NCBI GenBank assembly: GCA_963840855.1
Contig: CAWJBB010000061.1
Coordinates: forward strand, 119,252-183,251
DNA length: 64,000 nt
Direction of reading: 5' to 3'
From: an uncultured delta proteobacterium
GTDB taxonomy: Bacteria > Desulfobacterota > Binatia > UBA9968
Part shown: piece after piece, positions 9,993 to 19,990 of the stretch
Layout: each line of letters begins with the position of its first letter
Position numbering within the stretch: the first letter of the stretch is position 1
Notes under the pieces: model-generated
The model's input: only the letters and a program-made list of their open reading frames with translations
Told to the model about the DNA's origin: nothing
Database searches by the model: none
Made by a program: the position numbers and the translations under genes

Positions 9993-10080
9993 ATCACCCT
10001 GTCCGCTCTCGCCAGCACATTCGGCGGAATCGTCAGCCCGATCTGTTTCGCCGTCTTGAGATTAATCACCAGCTCAAAAA
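9993..10080 (-). pseudogene. C-terminal remnant of an ABC_sub_bind gene
   Basis: Minus strand reads [29 protein letters not shown], followed by the conserved spacer motif at 9961-9990. Confidence 0.8.
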
Positions 10081-10225
10081 TAGGACGCTGCCCCATTAAA
10101 TAATTGAAGAAATAGGTTGAAGCCCAAGACTTCTCGAAGAGTCCTCATGTCACCCTCGCTGGTTGCGAAACGGACGTGGTGTCGAGTCGTTGCGCGTTGA
10201 CGTGCGGTAGAACCATCTTCCTCGC

Positions 10226-10420
10226 CTAAAAATAGGCGGCCACGAGGGTAACGACCGTGCACAAACCAATGATGACCATACCGAATTGAAACACCCCACG
10301 AAGAGACGTATCTCCGCTCAACTCTTTCCTGACCCAGATCAGCGGCACAAAGAGAAGCGTTAAAAGAAAAATAGCAATTTCTGTATGGCTGATGGTCATT
10401 AGTGCGAGTTCCGGTTGCAT
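10226..10420 (-). CDS. Small membrane protein (paralog of 17634..17912)
   Basis: Two hydrophobic segments; near-identical to MQPELAL... at 17912. Confidence 0.55.
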   Translation of the reverse strand: MQPELALMTISHTEIAIFLLTLLFVPLIWVRKELSGDTSLRGVFQFGMVIIGLCTVVTLVAAYF

Positions 10421-10465
10421 CGACTTTCGCTCCGCACGGCGTGCTCTGGACAGACAATCAGTGAT

Positions 10466-10720
10466 TTAGCGAGTTCGGCGCCGGGCGATGCTCTTGTTAA
10501 CCCACTTGGTTGCTTCCGGGCAGAGGGTTTTGGTGGATTCGAGAATAAGGTTAGCGTCGGCGCTATCGCAAAGAACTCTGATCATTTTTTTTGGTTTTGC
10601 TGCTCGTTGGTCGTAAACAATCTCGCCACACATCAGGATAGCGTAGAGGCGAGACTCTTTCTGGAGCTGAGCCACAATCCGGTCGTAGTGTTCCGCAAAA
10701 ATGTCAACCAATATTTTCAC
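10466..10720 (-). CDS. Hypothetical 84-aa protein (near-identical copy at 18178..18432)
   Basis: MKILVDIFAEHY...LCPEAT present twice. Confidence 0.6.
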   Translation of the reverse strand: MKILVDIFAEHYDRIVAQLQKESRLYAILMCGEIVYDQRAAKPKKMIRVLCDSADANLILESTKTLCPEATKWVNKSIARRRTR

Positions 10721-10800
10721 TGATAAAATCTAGCCTCGTTAAGATGTCATTCTTGTTAAAACGTCATGATCTCTAACAAAGAAAAAGCTCCCTCGGCCGT

Positions 10801-11025
10801 TCAGTGAAGAGCGTTTGGCCGCTCCCGCCGTGTCGCAGCAAAGAGCGTCGCTATTTTTTGCCTTTCTTCAAGCGACATGGAACCTGCTGTACAGTCTCCA
10901 CGTTTTGGGATTAATGCCGCGCCATCGTCGCTGAAAATCCAATAGCGCAACCACGCTTGACGAAGAGTGTATCTTTGCCTTTGCAGTGCTTGGAAGAATA
11001 TGCGCCACGGGAGCAATGTTGTCAT
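10801..11025 (-). CDS. Hypothetical small protein, PWRxFF...SLEE family (3 paralogs in window)
   Basis: Paralogs at 17926..18153 and 18494..18727. Confidence 0.6.
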   Translation of the reverse strand: MTTLLPWRIFFQALQRQRYTLRQAWLRYWIFSDDGAALIPKRGDCTAGSMSLEERQKIATLFAATRRERPNALH

Positions 11026-11052
11026 GTCAGCATCGCGCGAAGGCAGCTCGCT

Positions 11053-11313
11053 TTATGGAGCTACAGACTTGGGCGGCTTCGCGGAGTCTTCAAGCTTAGT
11101 ATCGGGCTGTTGAATCTGCGGATCACCAGGCTCCGGCAGCTCTAGCTTTCTTAAAATGTCGCTTCCAGCTGGAGGCGGCTTGTTCGAGATGACCAGCCGA
11201 CCGTGGAAATCTCTGTATATGTAATGCTCCTCGGCTTGGCCTTGTGTGGCTAGAGCGAGGCCCAAAAACAGGTAAAAGCAAAATACCAGTGCAATAGTAG
11301 TAAAGGTTTTCAC
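11053..11313 (-). CDS. Secreted DUF4124-like protein
   Basis: Signal peptide then YIYRDFHGRLVISNKPP. Confidence 0.6.
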   Translation of the reverse strand: MKTFTTIALVFCFYLFLGLALATQGQAEEHYIYRDFHGRLVISNKPPPAGSDILRKLELPEPGDPQIQQPDTKLEDSAKPPKSVAP

Positions 11314-11923
11314 GGGCGCGCTCCTTTTTCACGTCGGTGAAAAGCAGCATATGTGCCGCGACACGATTGACGGAAAATGCGGTCTACCGCTCCTCAGAGT
11401 ACGCTATCGTGTTTGTCAAATTGGCCCGAAAGCTTGTCTGGAAAATTTACAGCGGGCAGAAGGCTAAAGATAATCTCCTGTGCTGGGCGGCATAGGCACC
11501 CCTCCCAACCGTGACAATAACTTGATCATGTGTCCGCGATGCTACAAACTTCCGACATTCTATGGCCCACCGCATACACCGGTCCCACGCGAATCGCTGG
11601 CGGGGAGTTCCGTTAGCAATGACGGCGTTCGACTTGGAAGTTGGGGTAAGGCGTTACATGCCGCTGGGATAGACCTAAATTTGTATTTTATGCATCACAC
11701 GTGGCGGAAAACCGGAACTGACTGATAAAGGCCAACCTGGTCAAAGAATACCGGGTACTGACCGACAGAAGCGGTGGGTGTGTTTTGGCACGACGATGAG
11801 TTCGGATTGCTTGGAAGGCGAAGTCAATTCAATCTCGGTCTATTTCAGCAGTTGAGCGGCGCTCGAAAAGGGTCCCTCACGAACGAATCATTTAAGGCGT
11901 CAGAAAATTAGCGAAAGTAATCA

Positions 11924-12922
11924 TTAATTTCCGTATAGCTTCTTGATGAAGCCGCTGTCGTCGATTTCCTTCAAAATCGATGGATCGATAAAGTCGCCCG
12001 GGTTTAGGTTTTTCATCTGCGGCCTCGTCTTGGCGAGCTGATCGATTATCGTTTGGATTCCTTCGCGGTCCGGGTAGGGCATTCTCCGGATCAGTCTCTG
12101 GGACATCTCGTCATAAGCCACTTGGACCAGCGATAGATCGTCGAGCCGGGTATATTTTTTCAGTACGTTCAGTGCAAGGTCTTTGTTCGTCTTAAACACG
12201 TAGATGCCTTCGAGATAGGCTTTCATGAATCGGACGACGACGTCCCGGTTGGCCTGAATGAAGCTTTTTCGCGCGCCGAAACCATGCATTGAATAAGTCA
12301 CCCCAAGCTGGCTCAAATCGGCGAGAACGGCGGAACCCGACCGTATCGCCAGCGTCGCGAAGGGCTCGGAGAGGACGACGGCGTCCACGGCTTTGTTTTG
12401 TAGCGCAAGAAACTCTTCTTGCTCGCCGCCCACCTGGATAATGGCAACGTCTTTATCGGGAACCAGTCCCCAGCGAGTCAACGCATAGCGGATGGAAAAA
12501 TCGCTGGCGCCCCCCAGCCGGGAAATGCCGACTTTCTTGCCCTTCAACATTTCCGGCTTTTTGATCTCCGGATGCGAGATAATCTTGAACACAAAAGTAT
12601 TGAGCGTCGCGGTCAGCCCGACGAAGTCGCCGCCGCCCATGTTAGCGTTGATGTTGGCGACACCGGCGCTGGTGATGAACTGAATCTCGCCGGCCAGAGC
12701 CGCCTGAACGGCCCGCGAGCTCACCGGAACAAAAAGAATTTCGGCGTCCACGCCGTATTTACGCGCGAGGTCGAGCTCCTTCATGATGTAAACCGGATCA
12801 AATTGGATGCCTATGGAGGTGTAGGCTGCGCGGACTTTGGGGAGGTTTTGTCCCTGGGCTATGCCTGCTAAACCTAAAATGAAAGTCAGCCCAATTGCAA
12901 AACTTTTGACGCTTAACATCAT
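11924..12922 (-). CDS. ABC transporter substrate-binding protein (NMT1/SsuA family)
   Basis: Signal peptide; LKGKKVGISRLGGASD; FIDPSILKEIDDSGFIKKLY. Confidence 0.85.
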   Translation of the reverse strand: MMLSVKSFAIGLTFILGLAGIAQGQNLPKVRAAYTSIGIQFDPVYIMKELDLARKYGVDAEILFVPVSSRAVQAALAGEIQFITSAGVANINANMGGGDFVGLTATLNTFVFKIISHPEIKKPEMLKGKKVGISRLGGASDFSIRYALTRWGLVPDKDVAIIQVGGEQEEFLALQNKAVDAVVLSEPFATLAIRSGSAVLADLSQLGVTYSMHGFGARKSFIQANRDVVVRFMKAYLEGIYVFKTNKDLALNVLKKYTRLDDLSLVQVAYDEMSQRLIRRMPYPDREGIQTIIDQLAKTRPQMKNLNPGDFIDPSILKEIDDSGFIKKLYGN

Positions 12923-13120
12923 TCTTCTCTCTCCTTTTGTCTGCTATGCCATTGTTCCGTCACTGACAATAGAGTTCGTCAATAAAGCCTGAACGGTGGA
13001 GCTCCTCGATGCACGTGTAAGACCAGATTCAGCCTGAGATTGAACCGAACGGCGCCTCGGGCAAACTTCGCAGGATCGAGTCGTCGGAGAAAACCGATCG
13101 ATCCTAGCGTCGTCGGGTGG

Positions 13121-14104
13121 TTATTTGATTACTCTGTCCGCTCGCACCAGCACATTCGGCGGGATCGTCAGGCCGATCTGCTTGGCGGTTTTCAGATTAA
13201 CGATGAATTCAAACTTCGTCGGCTGCTCCACCGGGAGATCTGCGGGCTTGGCGCCTTTGAGAATTTTGTCGACATAAGTGGCGGCGCGCCGGTCCAGGTT
13301 GAGGAGGCTCACGCCGTAGGACATAAGCCCACCGGCTTCGACGTACCGGGGTTCGTGGTATATCGCCGGGAGTCGGTTCTTTACCGCAAGGTCTGCAATC
13401 TGTGCCCTCTGAGCACCAAGGATGCCGCTCGCTAGTACGAGGACTCCGTCCGCGCGCCCCTTGCTCACTGCTTGAAATGTATTCTCAATATTTTTGAAAT
13501 CTAAAACGTCGAGATATTGAAGCGTCACTCCGAACGCCTTCGCGGCGAGTTCCAGCTCTTTCCTTAGTGCGTCGGCAGGGCTGGTTGAAACCCCAAGGAC
13601 GGCCAAGCGAGAGAGTTTAGGGACGACCTCTTTCAGAACCTCCAATCGTTTACCGTTTAGCTCCGGGGCAAGGGCGGACAGTCCCGTGATGTTTCCACCA
13701 GGCCGCGCCAGGCTGGCGATGATACCGTCGCCAACGGGATCGGCATCGTTGGTCATGACAATGGGAATCGTATTGGTCGCTTCCTTGACGGCACGGGTTG
13801 CGGTTGAACCGCTCGTGACGATGACGTCAAATTTGAGACGCGCCATTTCGGCCGCGAGTGCCGGAAGGCGCTCGAGTTTTCCGTCAGCGGATCGCCAATC
13901 AATGACGATGTTTTTACCCTCCACGTAGTGAAGGTCGCGCAGTCCCTGCCGGAATGCCTCGTGGCGGGCCGTGTTGGCGGAAAGGGAGACACCCCCTAGG
14001 TATCCAATCCGCGGGACTTTCTTTGGCTGCTGCGCGTCGGCTATGACTCCAATAGCAAGTAGAATCACTACGAACAGGATTGACAAGACACCAGCTTTTT
14101 TCAT
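13121..14104 (-). CDS. ABC_sub_bind family substrate-binding protein (intact)
   Basis: AQQPKKVPRIGYL...SLARPGGNITG...GGLMSYG...[31 protein letters not shown]. Confidence 0.9.
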   Translation of the reverse strand: MKKAGVLSILFVVILLAIGVIADAQQPKKVPRIGYLGGVSLSANTARHEAFRQGLRDLHYVEGKNIVIDWRSADGKLERLPALAAEMARLKFDVIVTSGSTATRAVKEATNTIPIVMTNDADPVGDGIIASLARPGGNITGLSALAPELNGKRLEVLKEVVPKLSRLAVLGVSTSPADALRKELELAAKAFGVTLQYLDVLDFKNIENTFQAVSKGRADGVLVLASGILGAQRAQIADLAVKNRLPAIYHEPRYVEAGGLMSYGVSLLNLDRRAATYVDKILKGAKPADLPVEQPTKFEFIVNLKTAKQIGLTIPPNVLVRADRVIK

Positions 14105-14191
14105 TGCACACCTAGTTCTCGACGTTACTTTTCCATACGGTTTATTTACATTCGGACGAACTCATTCAGCGTAACACCGATGGAGAGGTCG

Positions 14192-14527
14192 CTATTTGCC
14201 CACTGCCTTCAGTGCGGCCCTTGCTCGTTGCTCCGGCGTGGCCCAGTCGGCAGGAAGGTTCTTGGCTCGAGTGATCTTGGAGAGTTCCTTCAGGTACCGC
14301 TCGGATCGGCCAAGCTGCTCCATGCGTTGGTCAATCATGTAAGCTTGAACGGGGTCGGTCGAATAGTTGGGGACTTTAGCGCGTCGCCATCGGCCCGCGC
14401 GATCCTGCTTCTTGCCTATAAGCACGCCTTCATGCTTGTGGACATTCTTCCAGCCGAACACTTTCTGCGCCGTTGCGGCGTCTAATGCAGGGCCAGGCCG
14501 CGTTATATCTCCAACTTTATGGGCCAT
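14192..14527 (-). CDS. Phage ABA-sandwich (BC1872-like) domain protein
   Basis: ALDAATAQKVFGW...VPNYSTD pattern. Confidence 0.55.
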   Translation of the reverse strand: MAHKVGDITRPGPALDAATAQKVFGWKNVHKHEGVLIGKKQDRAGRWRRAKVPNYSTDPVQAYMIDQRMEQLGRSERYLKELSKITRAKNLPADWATPEQRARAALKAVGK

Positions 14528-14603
14528 ACAGTTTTGAGAAACAGGCGGCGTTTGGAACAACGAGTTTCATTCAATCCTAGCATCGCTGCTTGGTTTTCTG
14601 CGA

Positions 14604-16648
14604 TCACCTAATCACTTTGTCTGCTCTCGCCAGCAAATTTGGTGGAATCGTTAGGCCGATTTGCTTCGCAGCTTTGAGGTTAATGATGAACTCGAACTTT
14701 GTCGGCTGTTCGACCGGCAGGTCAGCGGGCTTCGCGCCCCTTAGAATTTTGTCGACCATTACTGCGGCGCGCTGGTAGGATTCGGTGTCGTCTGCGCCAT
14801 ACGACATCAATCCACCGAGGGTGACGTATTCCTTCCGAGTGGAGATCGCGGGGAGCCGGTTTTTTGCTGCCAATCCCACGACCCGTGGGCTATTGGCCGC
14901 GAATAAGGTGGCCTGGGTCATCAAGACAGCGCCACTGCGTACTTTGACAGCGTCGCGAAAAGCAGTCTCGTATCTATCGGCACTGCTCACTTCCATGGAG
15001 TGCAGTTGCAACCCTAATTGCCGCGCTGGCTCCTGGCTATCTTTCCATTGTTCGGCGGACGCGGGATTCTTTGGATCCCACAGTATCGCCACGCGTGTGA
15101 GTTTGGGAATGGTTTCTTTGAGTATCTCCAGCCGTTTGCCGGACAGGAGTGCATTTATGGTGCTGAAGCCTGTAACATTACCTCCGGGCCGCGCCAAGTT
15201 GGTGACTAGCCCAGAGCCAACCGGATCAGGTACATTATAGAAAACGATCGGGATCAGCTTAGGCGTTGTAAATAAATAAAGGTATCAATCGAAGGATAAT
15301 TGGTGTATGATTTTCGAGCATGAACAGGCTGTCCGAATTGAAGCGGAAGTTGCGTACCGCATGGCCGCATTTGGACGAACGTACGCGGCGCATCATGGCT
15401 GCCAGTGAAGCATTGAGTCTGGGCTATGGAGGGGTTTCTGCGGTACGACGTGCGTGTGGCTTGTCGCGCAAGGCGATCCGCAAAGGGATGCGGGAAATCC
15501 AGGCAAGGGGTAAGCCGTTGGTGGGCCGTATTCGTCGGCCCGGAGCGGGCCGCAAACCCATCATCGAGTCCGATCCGGGGCTGGTGCAGACGATCGAGGG
15601 GTTGATTGATGAGCAAACGCGCGGAGACCCGCAGTCTGCGCTGCGTTGGATTTGCAAAAGTACGCGAGCCATCGCCCAGGAACTGGATCAGCAGCAACAT
15701 CCTGCCAGCCACATGAAGGTCGCGCAGATTCTTCATCAACTGGGCTATAGCCTCCAGAGCAATCGCAAAACCGAGGAGGGAGCGGATCACCCCGATCGCG
15801 ATGCCCAGTTTCGCCACATCAACCTCACGGTCAAAAGATGCCTGAGGCAAGGGATCCCAGTCATTTCGGTGGACACGAAAAAGAAGGAACTGGTTGGGAA
15901 CTACCACAATGGCGGCCAGCAATGGCGTGTGGCCAAAAAGCCCAGGCGGGTTCAAGGTCACGACTTTCCCAGTCCAGAAGTTGCCCGCGCCTATCCCTAC
16001 GGCATTTACGACATTGGACGCAACGCCGGTTTTGTTAACGTGGGAACCGACCACGATACCGGTGCCTTTGCGGTGGCATCGATTCGGGGTTGGTGGCGCA
16101 CGGAGGGCCGGCGCATTTATCCGCATGCGAAAACGATCCTGATTACGGCCGACGGCGGTGGCAGTAACGGGTGGCGGTTGCGGCTGTGGAAGTTGGAGCT
16201 GCAAAAATTCGCCAACCAGACCGCACTGGGCATTGAGGTCTGTCACTTTCCTCCCGGCACCAGCAAATGGAACAAAATCGAGCACCGACTGTTTTTCTTT
16301 ATTTATTTACAATTCCTTAGTCGCGCCCTTGGCGGCGCGGACTTCAACCGTTGTTGGTGCGATAATTACGTCGGCCTTGAGCCGCACGAGTTCCTCAGCC
16401 AAAGCAGGTAGGCGCTCGAGTTTATCCTCGGCGTAGCGATACTCGATGGTAATCGATTTGCCTTCGACGTATCCGAGAGCAGCCAACGCACGCCGAAATC
16501 TCTCGCCGCCGCCGCCCGGCCCGCCTGGCGACCGGCCGCCGAGCCAGCCGAGCTTAGCAACCTTCCCCGGCTGTTGCGTCTCGGCGATTGCTGCAACAAC
16601 AAGCAGCATCATTACAACAAGGATTAATGGCACCGCAGCCCTCTTCAT
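14604..16648 (-). pseudogene. ABC_sub_bind gene split by an ISAzo13-family element
   Basis: The N-terminal part ends ...AAKGAT at ~16320 and resumes KLIPIVF... at ~15260. Confidence 0.85.
15262..16316 (+). mobile_element. ISAzo13-family insertion sequence with internally deleted transposase (CDS from 15320)
   Basis: TIRs GGcgTTGTAAATAAATAAAG / CTTTATTTATTTACAAttCC; TTA duplicated at 15259-61 and 16317-19; motifs ISVDTKKKELVG, TADGGGSNG, PPGTSKWNKIEHRLF. Confidence 0.88.
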
Positions 16649-17141
16649 TGCGCACCTCGTTTCGACGTTATGTATCACGCGGATGGAAATAAAGAAAAGG
16701 TGATTACGGATTTACGGCGAAAGGCGACGGGTAGTCGTCGAGTAGGAAGGCCGGATTTCTCCTAAGATTGAACTGAACGACGCAACGGACAAATCTCACA
16801 AGATTAGGGGCGCTTTAGTTTTGGGCACTACACGCTGATGAACAATGGCCATTTGAGCAGTTTCAAAATGCGCTCGCGAACCCTAGGTATGGACGGGCCG
16901 AAGCCTGAAGCCCGCTGGCAAGTGCTGAATGCGTCGCTGAACGCGATCAAGCGGGTGGTTCGTCGATGAAGTTGCAAGCGACGCATACACGATGGCAGTG
17001 AATGTTAAGGCTTGTCGCGAAGCCGGTGATTGTTATCCGGCGGATCTGCATGGGCCGCCCAGCCGTCGCCGACAGCAATCCAGCCGCGCGCAGCCCTGGG
17101 CCGCCAGCACATAGATTCACGAAATATCGCTCGTTATGAGT

Positions 17142-17312
17142 TCAATCGCAGCGGCGGTCGTACATAGCGTAATGCTGGCAGAATCGCAGGTACTCAACCC
17201 GGCTGGAAAATTGGGACTGCTCGTAGACCAGGCGCCGGGCGGGGCTCGTCGAGCAACCGGCGAAAATAGCGGCGCTAAGAGCTACGGCGAGAACCATCGA
17301 TGTAATATTCAT
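17142..17312 (-). CDS. Small predicted lipoprotein (56 aa)
   Basis: Manual translation MNITSMVLAVALSAAIFAGCSTSPARR...DRRCD; lipobox FAGC; RBS AAGGA. Below the ORF-track cutoff. Confidence 0.5.
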   Translation of the reverse strand: MNITSMVLAVALSAAIFAGCSTSPARRLVYEQSQFSSRVEYLRFCQHYAMYDRRCD

Positions 17313-17403
17313 GGCTATTTTCCTTTCATCAAGCGGAGTGAATCAAATGGAAAACTAGGTAAACAAGAAGAACCTAGAGCCGAATAGACTATCGCCACGA
17401 AGG

Positions 17404-17637
17404 TCAAGCCTCGAAGCGGCACCATCGGTCGGTAACGACCAATCGAATACAATATAACGAGCAGAGCACAGAAAAGACCTTCCAATAGATCAACGCCCAC
17501 AAAACCCCCCAAGCATCAATCGCAGCACTGACGAACGGGTTCAATTCGGATTCGCCGCGAGACAGGATGAAATAGGACGCGGTCCCATCGAATAGCTGAA
17601 GAAACAGGTTGAAGCTCAAAAGCTCTCGAAGATTCAT
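17404..17637 (-). CDS. DUF5658-like membrane protein
   Basis: NLFLQLFDGTASYFILSRGESELNPFV; truncated copy at ~10080-10148. Confidence 0.55.
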   Translation of the reverse strand: MNLRELLSFNLFLQLFDGTASYFILSRGESELNPFVSAAIDAWGVLWALIYWKVFSVLCSLYCIRLVVTDRWCRFEA

Positions 17638-17912
17638 GTTGTCGCCCTGACAGGTTGGGAAACGGACGTGGTGTCGAGTCGTTGGGCGTTGAAGTGCCGT
17701 CGACCCATCTTCCTCGCCTGAAAATAGGCAGCCATGAGGGCAACGACCGTGCATAAACCAATGATGACCAAACCGAGTTGAAACACACCTTGAACCCGCG
17801 CATCTCCGCTCAACTCTTTCCTGACCGAGATGAGCAGAACAAAGAGAAGCGTCACAAGAATAATCCCAATAACAGTGTAACTGATGGCTTTGAGTGCGAG
17901 TTCCGGTTGCAT
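17634..17912 (-). CDS. Small membrane protein (paralog of 10226..10420)
   Basis: MQPELALKAISY... with two transmembrane segments; ATGA overlap with the next gene. Confidence 0.55.
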   Translation of the reverse strand: MQPELALKAISYTVIGIILVTLLFVLLISVRKELSGDARVQGVFQLGLVIIGLCTVVALMAAYFQARKMGRRHFNAQRLDTTSVSQPVRATT

Positions 17913-17925
17913 CGAGTATGGCCTC

Positions 17926-18153
17926 TCAGTGAAGGGTTCTTGGCCCTCTTCCCAATGCCATAAGGAAAAGCACCGCTCGTTTCTGCTTTTCCTCAAGCGA
18001 CAAGGGTGGAGCTTTGTGCTTTTCCCGTCCTAGGACCAAGGCTGCGCCACCATTGGTAAAGGTCCACCGCACTAACCACGTTTGAACGGTTTGGGAATCT
18101 TGTTTCTGAAGGTCTTTAAAAAAGGCTCGCCAAGGGATCAATGTTGTCGGCAT
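17926..18153 (-). CDS. Hypothetical small protein, PWRxFF...SLEE family
   Basis: MPTTLIPWRAFF...LSLEEKQK...RTLH. Confidence 0.6.
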   Translation of the reverse strand: MPTTLIPWRAFFKDLQKQDSQTVQTWLVRWTFTNGGAALVLGREKHKAPPLSLEEKQKRAVLFLMALGRGPRTLH

Positions 18154-18177
18154 CGAAGAGGTCTCCCAATGGGCAAC

Positions 18178-18432
18178 TTAGCGAGGTCCGTGACGGGCAA
18201 TGCTTTGCTTAACCCACCAGGTTGCTTCCGGGCAAAGCGTCTTGGTGGATTCGAGAATAAAGTTAGCGTCGGCGCTATCGCAAAGAACTCTGATTATTTT
18301 CTTTGGTTTTGCTGCTCGTTGGTCGTAAACAATCTCGCCACACATCAGGATAGCGTAGAGGCGAGACTCTTTCTGGAGCTGAGCCACAATCCGGTTGTAG
18401 TGTTCCGCAAAAATGTCAACCAATATTTTCAC
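18178..18432 (-). CDS. Hypothetical 84-aa protein (duplicate of 10466..10720)
   Basis: Near-identical sequence. Confidence 0.6.
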   Translation of the reverse strand: MKILVDIFAEHYNRIVAQLQKESRLYAILMCGEIVYDQRAAKPKKIIRVLCDSADANFILESTKTLCPEATWWVKQSIARHGPR

Positions 18433-18493
18433 TGACAGAATCTAGCCTTGTTAAAACGTCATGACCTCTAAAGAAAGATGCTCGCTTGGTCGT

Positions 18494-18727
18494 TCAGTGG
18501 AGGGTTCTTAGCCGCTCCCGCCGTATCGCAGCAAAGAGCGTCGCTATTTTCTGCTTTTCCTCAAGTGAGAATAGCGTCGCTTCGTAGTTTGCGCCGCCAT
18601 CCACGAGGGCTGTGCCAGCGTCAGAAAACGCCCAACGTGCTAACCAGGATTGAAGGTGTTCTTGTTTGTGTTGTCGGGTGCTAAGCGCGTGAAAGAATAC
18701 GCGCCACGGGATCAATGGTGCCGGCAT
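18494..18727 (-). CDS. Hypothetical small protein, PWRxFF...SLEE family
   Basis: MPAPLIPWRVFF...FSLEEKQKIATLFAAIRRER.RTLH. Confidence 0.6.
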   Translation of the reverse strand: MPAPLIPWRVFFHALSTRQHKQEHLQSWLARWAFSDAGTALVDGGANYEATLFSLEEKQKIATLFAAIRRERLRTLH

Positions 18728-19330
18728 CGAGGAAGTCCCCCGATGACACATAAAGCCAATGGCGTGCCGTGCCGATTTGACTTGTATTGGCGAATTGTGT
18801 TCGCAAAAACACACCTTTGCCGCGTGCTTAAGGGGAGGTCACTTCGGGCGCGAATTTGCGAACGGGTGTTTTGGCCCTGTCAGAACAGACCGCTAAGGCG
18901 CCATCGTCTGCTCGCAATTGCGTGGAATTTTTATGGCTCACACGAGACAGCGAAACCAAGCCAGACTACGCTCTCGAAACTTCGATAGGGAAAAGCTGAA
19001 CAGGAAGGAATTCTATCTCGTCCCGACCGACTGAATATGATTCACGCCGTTTTCTCCAAAAGGACGGGCGACCAATATGCTGCGCTCACGGAGAGAGTTT
19101 GGGATTCCAAAGGGTGGAAATATGGATTGCACGATGGTCGCAGCGGTTCCCGTACTTCCCGTGGGCTACGTTGTTAGTGCGAGACGGATTGCTGACAGGC
19201 GGATGATTCTAGCGGGATACCGCTTGGCGGATTTTAACGCGGGTAGAAAGGAATAAGACCGGGATCAGCGGGCACATCGCCGTCCCGCTGTTCCCCCGAT
19301 CTCGTCTATTCTTTCTTCTCTCGTTTTTGG

Positions 19331-19630
19331 CTAATCTCTGGCGTTGCGCGTCGCTATCCACACAGCCAGCGCGCCCATGCCGAGACCGATCGCGAAGCCA
19401 CGGCCCACCGCGCGTAACGGATGGTGCTTGACGCGATGTGCCGCATCTTCTATCAAGTCTTCAGCGGCATAACGGGTGCGCTTGGCCAACCGCTTGGCCT
19501 CAGTCACTGCATCTTCGACGGCGTGAGAAGCTGCGGTTTTCAAGCGCTCGGCTTCGCCTCCCACTTCCACCAGCCGCTCTCCAACGTGCATGGCTTTCCC
19601 GAGCAAGCCGTTTTTCTCTTTCTCTTCCAT
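19331..19630 (-). CDS. ElaB/YqjD/DUF883-like tail-anchored protein
   Basis: Amphipathic helices then HPLRAVG..FAIGLGMG C-terminal transmembrane segment. Confidence 0.65.
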   Translation of the reverse strand: MEEKEKNGLLGKAMHVGERLVEVGGEAERLKTAASHAVEDAVTEAKRLAKRTRYAAEDLIEDAAHRVKHHPLRAVGRGFAIGLGMGALAVWIATRNARD

Positions 19631-19990
19631 AATCGATTCCTCCTCTTTTTCAGTCGGCTGATATGGGACTTGTCGCGTTTTTACGTTCTCAGCTAATTTG
19701 ATGTATACGCAACCTCCGTGCCTAACGAACGACTCCTAAAATCAATCACTTACAAAACGTCTCGCAATAGCAGGTGTTAGCCGAAAAGGTACAGTGGTAG
19801 GAAAAATCAAACTCGCGATAAGGCCATTTTTGTGGAGCCCACACCCGAGTTCGGCAGTGAGGCCAGTGTGATAACGCGAGCCGAATCGCTGATAGGCGGA
19901 TTATTCTGGCGGGATACCGGTTGGCGGATCTAGGATGAAGTCGTAGGAGAATATAGTTCAATCCTAGCGTCGCCGTTTGGCTTTCTTCCG

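Noticed and set aside
13040-13435. Recurrent plus-strand ORFs such as DYSVRSHQHIRRDRQADLLGG and [17 protein letters not shown]
   Set aside because: They recur only because they are antisense to the conserved ABC_sub_bind C-terminus.
14192-14527. Prophage
   Set aside because: Only isolated phage-associated domains are present (this gene and DUF867), with no structural, terminase or integrase genes.
15254-16285. 343-aa minus-strand ORF
   Set aside because: Antisense to the ISAzo13 transposase.
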